A stretch of 64,000 bases of DNA, from NCBI GenBank assembly GCA_044229145.1, contig JBGATO010000010.1, positions 10,022 to 74,021 on the forward strand, given 5' to 3'. Position 1 is the first letter of the stretch. Each line of letters opens with the position of its first letter. Both the position numbers and the translations under genes were made by a program. Origin of the DNA: Candidatus Eiseniibacteriota bacterium (lineage in GTDB: Bacteria; Eisenbacteria; RBG-16-71-46; CAZEPH01). The notes under the pieces were generated by a model. That model searched no databases and had not been told where the DNA came from. It saw nothing but the letters and a program-made list of their open reading frames with translations. Of the stretch, positions 29,381 through 40,370 are shown piece by piece.

Positions 29381-30523
29381 TCATCCCTGTCGGCTCCGGC
29401 GTCGCGGCCGGGCATACCGTCCCGCCGGGTCACGCTCCACGGTACCCGTGAGGGCCAGCCGCTCGAGCAGACCTGAAAGCGCCGACGCCGGCATCGCGGT
29501 GGCGCGCGCCAGGTCGTCGAGGCTGCGGGGCCGAACGGTGAGATGCGACGCGAGCGGCTCCGGAATCGCCGCCTCGCCCGCGTGCAGCCCGTCCGCCTCG
29601 ACCCTCCGCCACGTCAATCCGCACGCCTCGGCGACATCCTCCGCGCGTTCCACGAGCGCGGCTCCGTGGCGCAAGAGGTCGTGCGGTCCTGCGCTCCCGG
29701 GCGCATGGATATCGCCCGGCACCGCGCAGACCTCTCGATTCTGGTCGAGTGCGTAGCGCGCCGTGACCAGCGCGCCCGACTTGAACGCGGCCTCCACCAC
29801 GACGACCCCGCGCGCCAGTCCACTGACCAGACGATTGCGCGCGGGAAAGTGATGCGGGCGCCCCTCCGTGCCGGGAAGATACTCCGAGACCAGCGCGCCG
29901 GTCTCGCCGATCGTCCGGTGCAGCGCGCGATTCTCGACCGGAAAGCAGATGTCCACGCCGGTGCCGAGAACCGCGATGGTCGTCCCGCCCGCCTCGAGCG
30001 CGCCGCGATGCGCCGACGCATCGACGCCGCGCGCCAGACCGCTGATCACCACGACGCCGGCCGAGGCGAGATCGCTCGCCAGCAGGCGCGCCACGTCCTT
30101 GCCGTACTCCGATGCCCGGCGTGTCCCGACGATGGCGATCCCCGGTGCCGCAGCGAGCGCCGCCGGGCCGCGCACGAAAAGCACGGCAGGCCGATGGGCG
30201 ATTGCGCGCAATGGCGCAGGATAGTCGGCATCGTCCACGGCGATACAGCGCGCACCGAGTTCGCGCAGTCGATGCACGCGGCGCGACCCGGCGACGCTCT
30301 CGGCGTCGCGACGCATCGCGTTCCACTGCGCGCGAACACGATGGAGGAAGGGCGGAAGCGGCGCGGGATCGCGTGGCGGCGCAGCGCCGGCGAGAAAAGC
30401 CTCCCACGTGCCGGGAGGCGTGGGGTGCGCATCATCGCACCCCCGCAAGTACGCCAGCGCGGCGGGGCCGCCGTGAGGCGCGTCGAGCACCGCGCATGCC
30501 GCGCGGGCTTCCTCTTCGTTCAC
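29381..30523 (-). CDS. dprA: DNA-processing protein DprA
   Basis: AIVGTRRAS, VISGLARGVD, FPARNRLVSGL, KSGALVTA, C-terminal wHTH. Confidence 0.95.
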   Translation of the reverse strand: MNEEEARAACAVLDAPHGGPAALAYLRGCDDAHPTPPGTWEAFLAGAAPPRDPAPLPPFLHRVRAQWNAMRRDAESVAGSRRVHRLRELGARCIAVDDADYPAPLRAIAHRPAVLFVRGPAALAAAPGIAIVGTRRASEYGKDVARLLASDLASAGVVVISGLARGVDASAHRGALEAGGTTIAVLGTGVDICFPVENRALHRTIGETGALVSEYLPGTEGRPHHFPARNRLVSGLARGVVVVEAAFKSGALVTARYALDQNREVCAVPGDIHAPGSAGPHDLLRHGAALVERAEDVAEACGLTWRRVEADGLHAGEAAIPEPLASHLTVRPRSLDDLARATAMPASALSGLLERLALTGTVERDPAGRYARPRRRSRQG

Positions 30524-30571
30524 CACCCCTCCCCTGTCGGCCAGCCCCCGCCGGCCCTCCTGCACCGCGAA

Positions 30572-31120
30572 CTACGTTCGCAGCGGCTCCAACAGCATGT
30601 CGGCTCGCTCGGACTCGCGAACGCCATCGCCCAGCGCGTCCGTGATGCGTGCGGCGATCGAGGGGTGCCGCTGGCGGGTGTCATCGAGGAAGCGCGCCCG
30701 CACCGCCGAGTCGAGCTTTCGCACGCCCAGTGCCACCGCGCGCTCCCCCCCGGCCGACGCCAATGCGATCAACGCGTCGTAGCCCGCCTCGCGCACCGAG
30801 CGGTTGCTGTCGAGCAAGAGCGCGGCCACGCTCGCCGCCGTCTCGGTGGCGCCCAGGCGGCCGAGCACCGTTGCCGCAATCGCACGGCTGTACCACAGTC
30901 CGGTCGCCAGGACGCCGAGCACCTCTCCGGTGACGCGCCGCCCGCGTTCAGTGACCGCCGCGGCGGCGAGGTCGCGGACGTACCAACTCTCGTCGCGGAG
31001 CAGATCCACGAGGGCTCCGTCGCTGTCGGCGTCCCGCGAGGCGCGCAGTTCCGCGACGCGGCGCTTCTTGGCCTCGAGATTCAAAGAGCGGTCCAGGTGA
31101 CCGCGATCGCGCAGTGCCAT
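30572..31120 (-). CDS. HEAT-repeat protein
   Basis: LLRDESWYVRDLAA, WYSRAIAATVLG, LLDSNRSVREA. Confidence 0.75.
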   Translation of the reverse strand: MALRDRGHLDRSLNLEAKKRRVAELRASRDADSDGALVDLLRDESWYVRDLAAAAVTERGRRVTGEVLGVLATGLWYSRAIAATVLGRLGATETAASVAALLLDSNRSVREAGYDALIALASAGGERAVALGVRKLDSAVRARFLDDTRQRHPSIAARITDALGDGVRESERADMLLEPLRT

Positions 31121-31131
31121 ACGTCCGTCCT

Positions 31132-32259
31132 TCAGCGTGCGTGGGAGTCCGGCGTGACCGGTCCGGTCACGGGGGAGTCGTCAGGGTTATCGGCACCGGC
31201 CGCGATTTCCGTCGCCTGTTGCGGGGCGAGGGCCGCGCGGACGGCGCGTTCTTCCGCCTGCACCGTGGCGATGATCGCCGCGAGATCCCGGAGAAGCTCG
31301 GCAATGCCGGCTCGGCTCGCCGAACTGATCGCCCGCACCGGACCGCGCACGCCGTGCGCAACCAGAGCGGCGATGTGCTCCGGCACGTCCTCCGCCGGCA
31401 GCATGTCGATCTTGGTGAGGCAGACGATCTGCGGCCGGTCGGCCAGTTCGGGATCGTACGCCACCAGTTCGCGCATGAGCAAATCGTACGTCTCGCCGGG
31501 GTCTTCGCCGGTCAGCGGCGCGGCGTCCAGCAGCACGCAGAGCACGCGGGTGCGCGAGACGTGGCGCAGGAACTGGTGCCCAAGCCCCTTCCCCTCGTGC
31601 GCCCCCTCGATGAGCCCCGGGATGTCGGCCACCACGAACGTGCGCTCCTCATCCACCCGCACGATGCCGAGATGCGGCGACTTGGTGGTGAACGGATACG
31701 GGGCGATCTCGGGCCGCGCCGCGGAGATACTCGAGAGCAGGGTGGACTTTCCGGCGTTCGGCAGGCCGACCAGCCCGACATCGGCGATGAGCCGGAGCTC
31801 GAGCAGGAGATCGCGCGCCTCGCCTTCGCCGCCTTCCTCCGCGTAGCGCGGGGTCTGCCGCGTCGGGGTCGCGAAGTGCCAGTTGCCGCGGCCGCCCTTG
31901 CCGCCGCGCGCGATGACGATCTCGGTGCCGGCCTCGAGCATGTCGGCCAGCGTCTCGCCGCTCTCCGCGTCGAGCACCAGGGTGCCGGGCGGAATCTTGA
32001 TCGTCATGTCTTCGCCTTGGCGGCCGTACTTGTTGCTGCCTTGGCCCGGGTCGCCCTTGGGTGCGCGGTAGGTGCGTTGGTTCTGGAAGTCGAGCAGCGT
32101 GCGGATGGTGCCGTCGCAACGCAGGATGACGTGGCCGCCGCGGCCCCCGTCGCCGCCGTCGGGTCCGCCCTTGGGGACGAATTTCTCGCGCCGGAAGCTG
32201 ATGCAGCCGTCGCCGCCATTGCCGGCTTCGACGCGAATGCGAACCCGATCGACGAACAT
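31132..32259 (-). CDS. obgE: GTPase ObgE
   Basis: [42 protein letters not shown]. Confidence 0.97.
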   Translation of the reverse strand: MFVDRVRIRVEAGNGGDGCISFRREKFVPKGGPDGGDGGRGGHVILRCDGTIRTLLDFQNQRTYRAPKGDPGQGSNKYGRQGEDMTIKIPPGTLVLDAESGETLADMLEAGTEIVIARGGKGGRGNWHFATPTRQTPRYAEEGGEGEARDLLLELRLIADVGLVGLPNAGKSTLLSSISAARPEIAPYPFTTKSPHLGIVRVDEERTFVVADIPGLIEGAHEGKGLGHQFLRHVSRTRVLCVLLDAAPLTGEDPGETYDLLMRELVAYDPELADRPQIVCLTKIDMLPAEDVPEHIAALVAHGVRGPVRAISSASRAGIAELLRDLAAIIATVQAEERAVRAALAPQQATEIAAGADNPDDSPVTGPVTPDSHAR

Positions 32260-32262
32260 GCG

Positions 32263-32547
32263 CTAGGTCCCCGATCCGCTGGAGCCAGACGACGACGAAC
32301 CTCCCGACGACGCGCTCGAGCTCCCACCCGACGAGGTATCGGACTTCGCCTGCTTCTTGTAGCCGTCACTGCGATAGTCGGTGATGTAGAACCCCGAGCC
32401 GCGGAACAAGAGCCCGGCGCCGGTGCCGATGAGTTTCTTCACCGGCCCGCCGCACTCCGGACATTGCGATTCCGGCTCCGCCGTCATCGAGTGAAACCGT
32501 TCGAAGCGATGGTGGCAGCTCAAACACTCGTAGTCGTAGGTCGGCAT
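32263..32547 (-). CDS. FmdB-family zinc-ribbon protein
   Basis: MPTYDYECLSC...CPECGG...FRGSGFYITDY, Ser/Gly tail. Confidence 0.9.
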   Translation of the reverse strand: MPTYDYECLSCHHRFERFHSMTAEPESQCPECGGPVKKLIGTGAGLLFRGSGFYITDYRSDGYKKQAKSDTSSGGSSSASSGGSSSSGSSGSGT

Positions 32548-33758
32548 ACCGTCCCTCCCTGCGCCAATGCCTGCAACGCCTCGCCGATCCGCGCGATGCC
32601 GATGAGCAAGTCCTTCTCCGGCGACGCGAACGACAGGCGGATGTGTCCTGGACCTCCGAACGCCTCGCCGGGCACGATCGCCACACGCGCGGTCTCCAGG
32701 AGGTACTCGGCCAAGCCGGTGCCGCCGCGCGGCCACCCGGCATCGACCAACGCTGCTTCGTCCCAGTCGAGGTGGACGAAGAAGTAGAACGCGCCGTCCG
32801 GCGGACGAACGCGGGCGCTCGGCCAGCTGGCGAGCGCGTCGAGACCGACGCGGCGGCGGTGCGTGAACTCCTCGACCATGCGGCGTACCGGCTCGTCCGG
32901 CCCGGTGAGCGCGGCCAGCGCCGCGGCCTGCGACACGCTGCAGGCGTTCCCGGTGGTTTGCTCCTGCATCGTCCCGGCGGCCTTGACGATCTCGCGCGGG
33001 CCGACGGCGTAGCCGATGCGCCAGCCGGTCATCGCGTACGCCTTCGACACGCCGTTGAAGACGACGGTGCGCGCGGCGATGGCCGGACTGAGACTGGCCG
33101 GCGACACCACCTGCGTGCCGGGATAGATGACGCGATCGTAGATTTCGTCGCTGAGAATCGTCAGGTCGTGGCGCTCGGCCACGGCGGCGAGCGCGTGCAG
33201 CGCCGCCTCGGTGGCCACCGCGCCGGTCGGGTTGCACGGCGAGTTGAGCAGCACCGCGACGGTGCGCGGGGTAATCGCCGCCTCGAGCGCCGCGGCGGTG
33301 ACCTGGTAATCGGTCTCGACACCGGCGGCCACCGGCACCGGCACGCCGCCGGCCAGTCGTACCTGCTCCATGTATGTGCCCCACGACGGCACCGGGATCA
33401 GCACCTCGTCGCCATCGGAGAGCAGGGCGAGCAGCACGCTGAACAGCGCCTGCTTGACGCCGGCCGACACCAGGACGTTCTCCGCCTTGACGGCGTCGAG
33501 CCCGAGCCGGGCGGCGGTGGCGGCCGCGATGGCGGCGCGCAATTCCATCGTCCCGACGGCATCGGTGTAGCGGGTCTGGCCGGCCTTGGCGGCCACCGCT
33601 GCGGCCTCGACGATGTGGGCCGGGGTCGGGAAATCCGGCTGGCCGGCGCTCAGGTTCACCACCGATTCGCCGGCGGCCACCAGGGCGCGCGCACGCGCAT
33701 CCATGGCCAGCGTGCCGGACGGCCGGACGATCGAGAGACGGGAAGCTAGGGAGCGCAT
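32520..33758 (-). CDS. aspC: PLP-dependent aminotransferase class I/II (aspartate aminotransferase-like)
   Basis: GQPDFPTP, LNSPCNPTG, SDEIY, SKAYAMTGWRIGY, PGEAFG. Confidence 0.92.
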   Translation of the reverse strand: MRSLASRLSIVRPSGTLAMDARARALVAAGESVVNLSAGQPDFPTPAHIVEAAAVAAKAGQTRYTDAVGTMELRAAIAAATAARLGLDAVKAENVLVSAGVKQALFSVLLALLSDGDEVLIPVPSWGTYMEQVRLAGGVPVPVAAGVETDYQVTAAALEAAITPRTVAVLLNSPCNPTGAVATEAALHALAAVAERHDLTILSDEIYDRVIYPGTQVVSPASLSPAIAARTVVFNGVSKAYAMTGWRIGYAVGPREIVKAAGTMQEQTTGNACSVSQAAALAALTGPDEPVRRMVEEFTHRRRVGLDALASWPSARVRPPDGAFYFFVHLDWDEAALVDAGWPRGGTGLAEYLLETARVAIVPGEAFGGPGHIRLSFASPEKDLLIGIARIGEALQALAQGGTVCRPTTTSV

Positions 33759-34807
33759 GTGGACTCCTGGCGATGCGGGTCAGGTGGCGGCGGCGGGGCG
33801 CCGCGGTGCGAGCCGGCGCGGGCCTGCAACGCGGCCACGCACCCGGCGAGCGCGATGTCCTCCGCGCTCGCCCCTCGCGACAGATCATGGTACGGCAATG
33901 GGAAGCCGGCCAACAGCGGACCAACCGCCCGCGCACCGGCCAATCGCTCCACCAGCTTGTAGGCGATGTTGCCGGCGTCGAGGCTCGGGAAGACGAGCAC
34001 GTTGGCCGGCGCCTCTAGGGCCACACCCTTGCGCTGGGCGATCGCGGGCACCAGCGCGGCGTCGGCCTGGACTTCCCCGGCGAAGCTCGTCGTATCCAGC
34101 CCGGCCGCGGCGGCGCGCGTCCGCGCCAGCTCGAGTGCCTCGCGCACCCGGCGGGGCGACTCGCCGTCCGCGCTGCCCGCCGTGGCGAACGACAGGAAGG
34201 CAACACGCGGCGTCTCGCCCAGCAGAGCGGCCGCCAGGCGGGCGCCCGCCAGCGCGATGTCCGCGAGCTGCGGCGCGGTCGGCTGCGGCACCACGCCGCA
34301 GTCGGCGAACACGAACGCCCGTCGTCCGATCGCCTGCGCGGGCGGAGCGTCGGGCAACACCATCACGAACGCGCTCGACACCGTCTCGACGCCCGGCGCC
34401 AGGCCCAGCAGCGCGAGCCCGGTGCGCACGACGTCGGCGGTCGTGTGCACGGCGCCTGCCACCACGCCGTCAAGTTCGCCCAGGGCAAGCAGCGCGGCGG
34501 CGCGGGTCAGCGGATCCGCGAGGCGCCGCTCACGCTCCGCCGCCTCGAGCTTGGCCAGGCGCGGCGCCGACTCCGCGTACGCGCGGCTGCGCATTTCGCA
34601 GGCGCCGGCGAACGGGTCGAGCGTCTCGACACCAGGCGGGATCTCTCCCGCGAGGTCGGCTGGCGCGCCGATCAGCACCGGGCGCAGGCCGCGCGCCGCC
34701 ATCGCGGCCGCCGCCTCCCGGGTGCGCGGCTCCGCGGCCTCGGGCAGTCCGATCCGGGCCTGCCCCGCCGCGGCGCGCCGCCAGAGATCGTCGACGAGAT
34801 CGCTCAC
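33746..34807 (-). CDS. pta: Phosphate acetyltransferase (short form)
   Basis: IGLPE, GAVHTTADV, FADCGVVPQP, AFLSFAT, GEVQADAAL, FPSLDAGNIAYK, DLSRG. Confidence 0.9.
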   Translation of the reverse strand: MSDLVDDLWRRAAAGQARIGLPEAAEPRTREAAAAMAARGLRPVLIGAPADLAGEIPPGVETLDPFAGACEMRSRAYAESAPRLAKLEAAERERRLADPLTRAAALLALGELDGVVAGAVHTTADVVRTGLALLGLAPGVETVSSAFVMVLPDAPPAQAIGRRAFVFADCGVVPQPTAPQLADIALAGARLAAALLGETPRVAFLSFATAGSADGESPRRVREALELARTRAAAAGLDTTSFAGEVQADAALVPAIAQRKGVALEAPANVLVFPSLDAGNIAYKLVERLAGARAVGPLLAGFPLPYHDLSRGASAEDIALAGCVAALQARAGSHRGAPPPPPDPHRQESTCAP

Positions 34808-35334
34808 CGCGTCGGCTCCGGGCCGCGCACGACCTCCTTCGCCGGGAAACGCGCGCGCAGCACGTCCTCGACCAGCGGTGGCACCAGGCCTTTCACGACG
34901 CCGCCTTCGCGGGCGATCTCCTTGACGATCGTCGAGTTGAGGTAGGTGTACTGCTCGCTCGGCATGAGGAAGACGGTTTCGACTTCGGGCTGCAGGCGGC
35001 GATTCATGAGCGCCATCTGGAATTCGAACTCGAAGTCGTTCACCTGCCGGATGCCGCGGATGATCGTGCGCACGCCCTGTTCGAGGGCGAAGTGGACGAG
35101 CAGGCCGCTGAACTCGCACACCTGCACGTCGCCGAGATCCGCGGTGACACGGCGCATCAAATCCACGCGCTCGGGCAGCGTGAACAGCGGATTCTTCTCG
35201 TCGCGCCGCGCGACGCCGACGATGACGCGATCGAACACCGCGAGCCCGCGGGTGATGAGGTCGAGGTGCCCGTTGGTCACGGGATCGAAGGTGCCGGGGA
35301 AAATCGCCGCTCGCATGCCGGGGCTCTCCGTCAT
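34804..35334 (-). CDS. coaD: Pantetheine-phosphate adenylyltransferase
   Basis: FPGTFDPVTNGHLD, IRGIR, EFQMALMNR, STIVKE. Confidence 0.97.
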   Translation of the reverse strand: MTESPGMRAAIFPGTFDPVTNGHLDLITRGLAVFDRVIVGVARRDEKNPLFTLPERVDLMRRVTADLGDVQVCEFSGLLVHFALEQGVRTIIRGIRQVNDFEFEFQMALMNRRLQPEVETVFLMPSEQYTYLNSTIVKEIAREGGVVKGLVPPLVEDVLRARFPAKEVVRGPEPTR

Positions 35335-35930
35335 CCGTCCGTCGTGGGGGCGGCGTCCTCGCCGGGACGACGCCGGTGATAGACCTCGATGGTGGTCTTG
35401 CCGTACCGCCGCGTGTCTTCGCGCACCAAAGCGCCGCAGGCGTCAGGAAACTCCTCGCCGCGCGCATGTTCGACGATCATATAGCCGCCGGGAGCGAGCG
35501 TCTCGGTGTCCGCCATCGCCGACAGCAGCCGCGGTCCGAGCTGGTCTTCGTATGGCGGATCGCAGAGCACCAGGTCGAGCGGCCCGAGGGTGCGCTCGGC
35601 GAGGAGCCGCAGCGCGTCCCCCAGCACCGGACGCACGCGCGGATCGTCGGCGAGCCCGAGGGCGGCGATGTTCTGGCGCAGGATCGTGAAGGCAGGACGC
35701 GCGCGCTCCACCAACACCACCGACCGCGCCCCGCGCGAGAGGGCTTCCAAACCGAGGCCGCCGGCTCCCGCGCACAGGTCCGCAACCCGCGCCCCGCGCA
35801 CCGCACCGCGGGCGTCGAGCAGCGAGAACAGCGATTCCTTGACGCGGTCCGCAGTGGGGCGGATGGCGGGTCCGGTTCCGGCCTGGAGACGGCGGCCGCG
35901 GAACTCGCCCGCAATGAGGCGGATCGACAC
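35331..35930 (-). CDS. rsmD: 16S rRNA (guanine966-N2)-methyltransferase
   Basis: RLIAGEFRGR, RPTADRVKESLF, DLCAGAG, DPPY, RRYG. Confidence 0.93.
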   Translation of the reverse strand: MSIRLIAGEFRGRRLQAGTGPAIRPTADRVKESLFSLLDARGAVRGARVADLCAGAGGLGLEALSRGARSVVLVERARPAFTILRQNIAALGLADDPRVRPVLGDALRLLAERTLGPLDLVLCDPPYEDQLGPRLLSAMADTETLAPGGYMIVEHARGEEFPDACGALVREDTRRYGKTTIEVYHRRRPGEDAAPTTDG

Positions 35931-36069
35931 GCCAGAGGAGTACCATCGTGCCGAAGACGGGTCAAGCAAAGGAGTTGCGCCGGTCGGTCCATCCGGGGAG
36001 ACTGCTGCCGCCGCGGCGGGGCGTGCAGGGTCCCGGCGGCCTGTCGCTGGCGTCGGAGGCACATCGTCC

Positions 36070-37086
36070 ATGAAGGCCGTGACCGTCGAAGAATGCGCGC
36101 GGGTGTTCGCGCCGGTGTTCGCCCCCGAACTGGCGCCGCGCTTCGTGCCGTGGTTCCACAGCTATCACGCCGGCTTGAAGACGCACGCGGGCATCGAACG
36201 GCAGCTGCGCGAGTTCCGCGACGACATCCGCGTGGCGGGCGTCGACGTCGAGGGCGGCACGGTGCTCGACGCGGGCAGCGGCTTCGGCATGAGCTGCGTG
36301 TTCCTGCGCGCGCTCGGGGCGCGCGAGGTGCACGGCCTCGAATACCATCCCGACATGCATGCGGCGTTCCGCGTCGTCGCGGACACGTTGGAGACGACGC
36401 TCGGCGGCCTGCACCCGCACCACGGCGACGTGCGCGCGATGCCGTTCGCCGATGGCACGTTCGACGTCGTGTTCTCGAACGAAGCGATCTCCCACTACAA
36501 CGAATTACAGCCATTCCTGCGCGAGGCGTTCCGCGTGCTCAAGCCAGGCGGCACGCTGTTCATCTCCGACGGCAACAATGGAGCGAACGCGCGCTGCGTC
36601 GCCTTCACGCACCGGCTGTGGGAGCAGTTCGAGCTCGGCCCGGCTGGGCTCATGCCGGGCTCGCATCACACCGTCGAGGAGCCCTACGTCGAGCGGCGCG
36701 CGCGGCTGATCCGCGAGTACGCGCCGGACCTCACCGAGGCGCAGGTCGAGCCGCTCGCGCGTGGCAGCTTCCGCATGGTCATCGACGAGATCCATCGCGC
36801 GGTGGACGCCTTCCGCACCACCGGCGCGCTGCCGCAGTCGTTCTACCAGCGCGGCGTGCCGCCGCTCGATCCGCACTCGGGCCAGTACATCGAGCGCCTG
36901 ATCTATCCGAAGGAGCTGCAATCGCGGCTCGAGCGCGAGGGGTTCCGCGTGCGGATCTACTCGTACGTCGGCGGCGCCGGCGGCAATCCGGTGATCCGCG
37001 CGGCGAACGCGGTGGCGCACGCGCTGTCGCCGCTGAGCTGGCCGATCGCGCGCGCGCTCAAGGCAGTGGCGCGCAAGCCAGCCTAG
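36070..37086 (+). CDS. Class I SAM-dependent methyltransferase
   Basis: VLDAGSGFG, GDVRAMPFADGTFDVV, RVLKPGG. Confidence 0.88.
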   Translation: MKAVTVEECARVFAPVFAPELAPRFVPWFHSYHAGLKTHAGIERQLREFRDDIRVAGVDVEGGTVLDAGSGFGMSCVFLRALGAREVHGLEYHPDMHAAFRVVADTLETTLGGLHPHHGDVRAMPFADGTFDVVFSNEAISHYNELQPFLREAFRVLKPGGTLFISDGNNGANARCVAFTHRLWEQFELGPAGLMPGSHHTVEEPYVERRARLIREYAPDLTEAQVEPLARGSFRMVIDEIHRAVDAFRTTGALPQSFYQRGVPPLDPHSGQYIERLIYPKELQSRLEREGFRVRIYSYVGGAGGNPVIRAANAVAHALSPLSWPIARALKAVARKPA

Positions 37087-37634
37087 CCGCGCACGCGCCG
37101 CACGATCTCCGCCGCCAGTTCCGCCGGCGTCCGTCCGTCGGTGTCGAGCGCGATGCTGCCTGCCGCGTAGAAGCGGACACGCTCGGCCAGCAGTGACTCG
37201 ATCCGTGAAGCCGGCGCGTCCCCGGCGACCAACGGCCGCGCGGCGATCTCCCCCGCCGCCAGCCGCGTCACGATGGCCTCCGGCGCGGCGCGCAACCAAA
37301 ACACGCGGCTGAGCGACGCCAACAAATCGTACGCCATCCCGCCATGCTGCGGCGCGCCACCGCCCACCGCGATCACGGTCGGTTCGCGTCGCTCGCGCGC
37401 GAGCATCGCCAGGACGGTGCGTTCGAGCGCGCGGAAATGCGCTTCGCCCTGCTCGGTGAAGATGTCGGCGATGGTGCGACCGGCGAGCGCCTCGATCAGC
37501 GCATCGCTGTCACGAAACTCCCACCCCAGCGCGGCGGCCACCTGCGCGCCGACCGTTGACTTCCCCACGCCCGGCGCGCCGACCAGCAACACATGCGACG
37601 GCGCCGCCGCCTCGAGTGACCGCGCATCGCTCAT
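37083..37634 (-). CDS. aroK: Shikimate kinase
   Basis: [32 protein letters not shown]. Confidence 0.93.
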   Translation of the reverse strand: MSDARSLEAAAPSHVLLVGAPGVGKSTVGAQVAAALGWEFRDSDALIEALAGRTIADIFTEQGEAHFRALERTVLAMLARERREPTVIAVGGGAPQHGGMAYDLLASLSRVFWLRAAPEAIVTRLAAGEIAARPLVAGDAPASRIESLLAERVRFYAAGSIALDTDGRTPAELAAEIVRRVRG

Positions 37635-38800
37635 CGCGTCGCCAAGTACTGGCGGTACGCCGCGAGGTTCTCACGCACCTCCTCGATCGCGTCGCCCCCG
37701 AATTTTTCGCTGTAGGCGCGCGCGAGGACGAACGCCACCGCGGCTTCCAACACCACGCCGGCGGCCGGCACCGCGCACACGTCGCTGCGTTCGTACTTCG
37801 CCGATTCCGCTTCGCCGGTCTGCATGTTGACCGATGGCATCGCCTGCTTGAGCGTCGAGATCGGCTTCATCGCCGCGCGGACGACGAGCGGTTCGCCGTT
37901 GGTGACACCGCCTTCGAGGCCACCAGCGTTGTTGGTCGGGCGCGTGTAGTGCGAGCCTTCGGCGTCCGACGACGCGCGTGCGATGTGATCGTGGACTTGC
38001 GACCCGGCGCGCGCCGCCTGCGCGAAGCCGAGCCCGATCTCGCACGCCTTGATCGCGTGCGTCGCCAACACCGCCTGTGCGAGCAGGCCGTCGAGCCGGC
38101 GGTCCCACTGCACGTAGCTGCCGACGCCGGGCACCAATCCGTCCGCGACGATCTCCAGCACGCCGCCGAGCGTGTCGCCGGCCTCGCGTGCCGCGGCGAT
38201 CGCCGCCACCATCGCGGCGCTCGCGGCGGCATCGGCGCACCGCACCTCGCTCGCTTCGGTGGCCGCCACCAACGCGTCGAACGCCGGCGGCGTGTCGTGC
38301 GCGTGGACACCGCCGATCTCGACGACGTGCGAGTGCACGCGCACGCCGCACGCCGCCAACAGCCGCCGCGCCACCGCGCCCACCGCGACGCGCGCCGCGG
38401 TCTCGCGCGCGCTCGAACGCTCCAGCACGTCGCGAATGTCGGCGTGGCGATACTTGAGCGCGCCGGCGAGATCGGCGTGACCGGGTCGCGGGCGCGAGAC
38501 GACATTGCGTTCGATGACGCCGGGCTCCGGCGCCATGTACTTCTCCCAGTTCGCCCAGTCGCGGTTGGCAATTTCGAGGGCGATCGGCGACCCGAGCGTG
38601 CGACCGTCGCGCACGCCGGAGAGGATGCGCACCTCGTCGGTCTCGATCTGCATGCGGCCGCCGCGACCGAAGCCGCGCTGGCGGCGGCTCATGTCGGCGG
38701 CGATGTCGTCGCGCGTGAGCGCGAGCCCGGCGGGCACGCCTTCGAGGATGGCGACGAGGGCGCGGCCGTGGCTTTCGCCCGCGGTCAGATAGCGCAGCAT
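37631..38800 (-). CDS. aroC: Chorismate synthase
   Basis: [48 protein letters not shown]. Confidence 0.98.
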   Translation of the reverse strand: MLRYLTAGESHGRALVAILEGVPAGLALTRDDIAADMSRRQRGFGRGGRMQIETDEVRILSGVRDGRTLGSPIALEIANRDWANWEKYMAPEPGVIERNVVSRPRPGHADLAGALKYRHADIRDVLERSSARETAARVAVGAVARRLLAACGVRVHSHVVEIGGVHAHDTPPAFDALVAATEASEVRCADAAASAAMVAAIAAAREAGDTLGGVLEIVADGLVPGVGSYVQWDRRLDGLLAQAVLATHAIKACEIGLGFAQAARAGSQVHDHIARASSDAEGSHYTRPTNNAGGLEGGVTNGEPLVVRAAMKPISTLKQAMPSVNMQTGEAESAKYERSDVCAVPAAGVVLEAAVAFVLARAYSEKFGGDAIEEVRENLAAYRQYLATR

Positions 38801-38903
38801 GGGCGCTCCGGCGCGGCGCAGCGCCGCGCGTCAGATTCGGTCATATGCGCATGGTACGCAGGGACGCGCCGCGCGCTCAAGCGCGAAACCGGCGGCGGCA
38901 TGC

Positions 38904-38939
38904 CAACGAGGCGCGCCCCCGCGGGGACGCGCCTCGTTG
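38904..38939 (-). terminator. Strong hairpin after pilQ, likely terminator
   Basis: CAACGAGGCGCG ... CGCGCCTCGTTG 12-bp arms plus inner CCCC/GGGG pairing. Confidence 0.65.
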
Positions 38940-38960
38940 CGAGCTGCGAGGTGGAGCCGC

Positions 38961-40370
38961 TTAGCCGGTGGCCGGTGGCGCCACGCGCGGCGTGATGAAG
39001 ATCACCAGTTCGCGCCGCTGCTTGACCGTGTTCTCGTAGCGGAACAGCCGGCCGATCAGCGGCAGCTTGCCAAGCACCGGCACGCGCTGCGTCACGCGCG
39101 ACTCGACCTCGCGGATCAACCCGCCGATCATCGCCGTCTCGCCGTCCTTCACCACCACACGGGTGTCCGCCAACGACGTGTTGATGATGACGCCGCCCTG
39201 CACCGTGGCCTGCGACGAGAGATCGCTGACCTCCGGGTGCACGTCGAGCGTGATGGTGTTGACTTCGGGGTTGATGCGCGGCGTGACACGCAGTTTGATG
39301 CCGATCTGCTTGAGCGTCGTCACCGCGTTGCCGGCGACGTCCGACACGATGAGCGGAATCTCCTGCCCGACCGTGATCGACGCCTCCTTGTTGTTCACCG
39401 TCACGATGCGCGGGTTCGACAGCAACTCGGCCTTGCGTTCGTTCTCCAGCGCGGCGATGAAGCCTTCGACGAGCCCGAAGGTGCCGAACTTGTGCGTGAC
39501 GTGCGCGGCGATGTCGCCGTTGGTGACCGGCGGCGTCCACTTCTCATTCGGCGGCTTGGTCGGGTCGAGCCAGTCCTTCATGTCGGTGATGTCGGTGTTG
39601 CCGTTGTCCGAGCCCGGCCCGAAGCCTTGCCGCACACGGTTCTTGCCGTCACCGGTAATCACCTGCCAGCGCGCGCCGAGTTCCTGCGCCGCCGCGGTGT
39701 CCATGTCGATCAGCTTGGCGACGATCTCGATCTGCGGCGTGCTGGTGTCGAGCGTGTCGGCCACCGCCAACACCTGCGGCAATCGCTCGCGAATGTCGCT
39801 GATGAGCAAGGTGTTCGTGCGCGGGTCGATCTCGATGTGTCCGCGCGGCGACAGGATCTTCTCGATCGCCGTCTTCATCTCGGCGGCGTCCGAGAAGCTC
39901 GGGCGGAACATGCGCGTCTCCAGCGGCATGAGCTCCATGCGGCGGTTGCGCGCTTCTTCCTCGGCCACCAGTTCGCTGCGCACGACATCGGCCGGGGCGA
40001 CGCGAATGGTGCCCGCGGTGTCCTCGTTCATGTCGAGCTTCTGGGTGCGCAGAACCGCCATCAACGCGTCTCGCCACCCGACGTTCTCCAGGTGCAGCGT
40101 GACCGCGCCGGTGACTTCCTTGCCGGCGACGATGTTGACACCGCCGGCGCGCGCCAGCGTCGCCAGCACGGTCTGGATGGCCGCCTCGTGAAAGTCGAAG
40201 GTCATGCCGTGGCCGCTCCCGCGGACCTCGGCGTGCCCTGGGACATCGCGCGCGACCGCGACCGCCGGACCGGCGATCGCCCAGGCTCCCACGCACGCGG
40301 CGACGGTCGCCGCGCGCACCACCGTGTTGCTCGTCAGTCGACGCTGCATGTCATTGCATCCTGGTGCCAT
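38961..40370 (-). CDS. pilQ: Type IV pilus secretin (no AMIN domains)
   Basis: Signal peptide, FDFHEA STN/N0, N3 (DPRTNTL), QIEIVAKL, LSNPRIVT, GGLIR, RELVIFITPR. Confidence 0.93.
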   Translation of the reverse strand: MAPGCNDMQRRLTSNTVVRAATVAACVGAWAIAGPAVAVARDVPGHAEVRGSGHGMTFDFHEAAIQTVLATLARAGGVNIVAGKEVTGAVTLHLENVGWRDALMAVLRTQKLDMNEDTAGTIRVAPADVVRSELVAEEEARNRRMELMPLETRMFRPSFSDAAEMKTAIEKILSPRGHIEIDPRTNTLLISDIRERLPQVLAVADTLDTSTPQIEIVAKLIDMDTAAAQELGARWQVITGDGKNRVRQGFGPGSDNGNTDITDMKDWLDPTKPPNEKWTPPVTNGDIAAHVTHKFGTFGLVEGFIAALENERKAELLSNPRIVTVNNKEASITVGQEIPLIVSDVAGNAVTTLKQIGIKLRVTPRINPEVNTITLDVHPEVSDLSSQATVQGGVIINTSLADTRVVVKDGETAMIGGLIREVESRVTQRVPVLGKLPLIGRLFRYENTVKQRRELVIFITPRVAPPATG

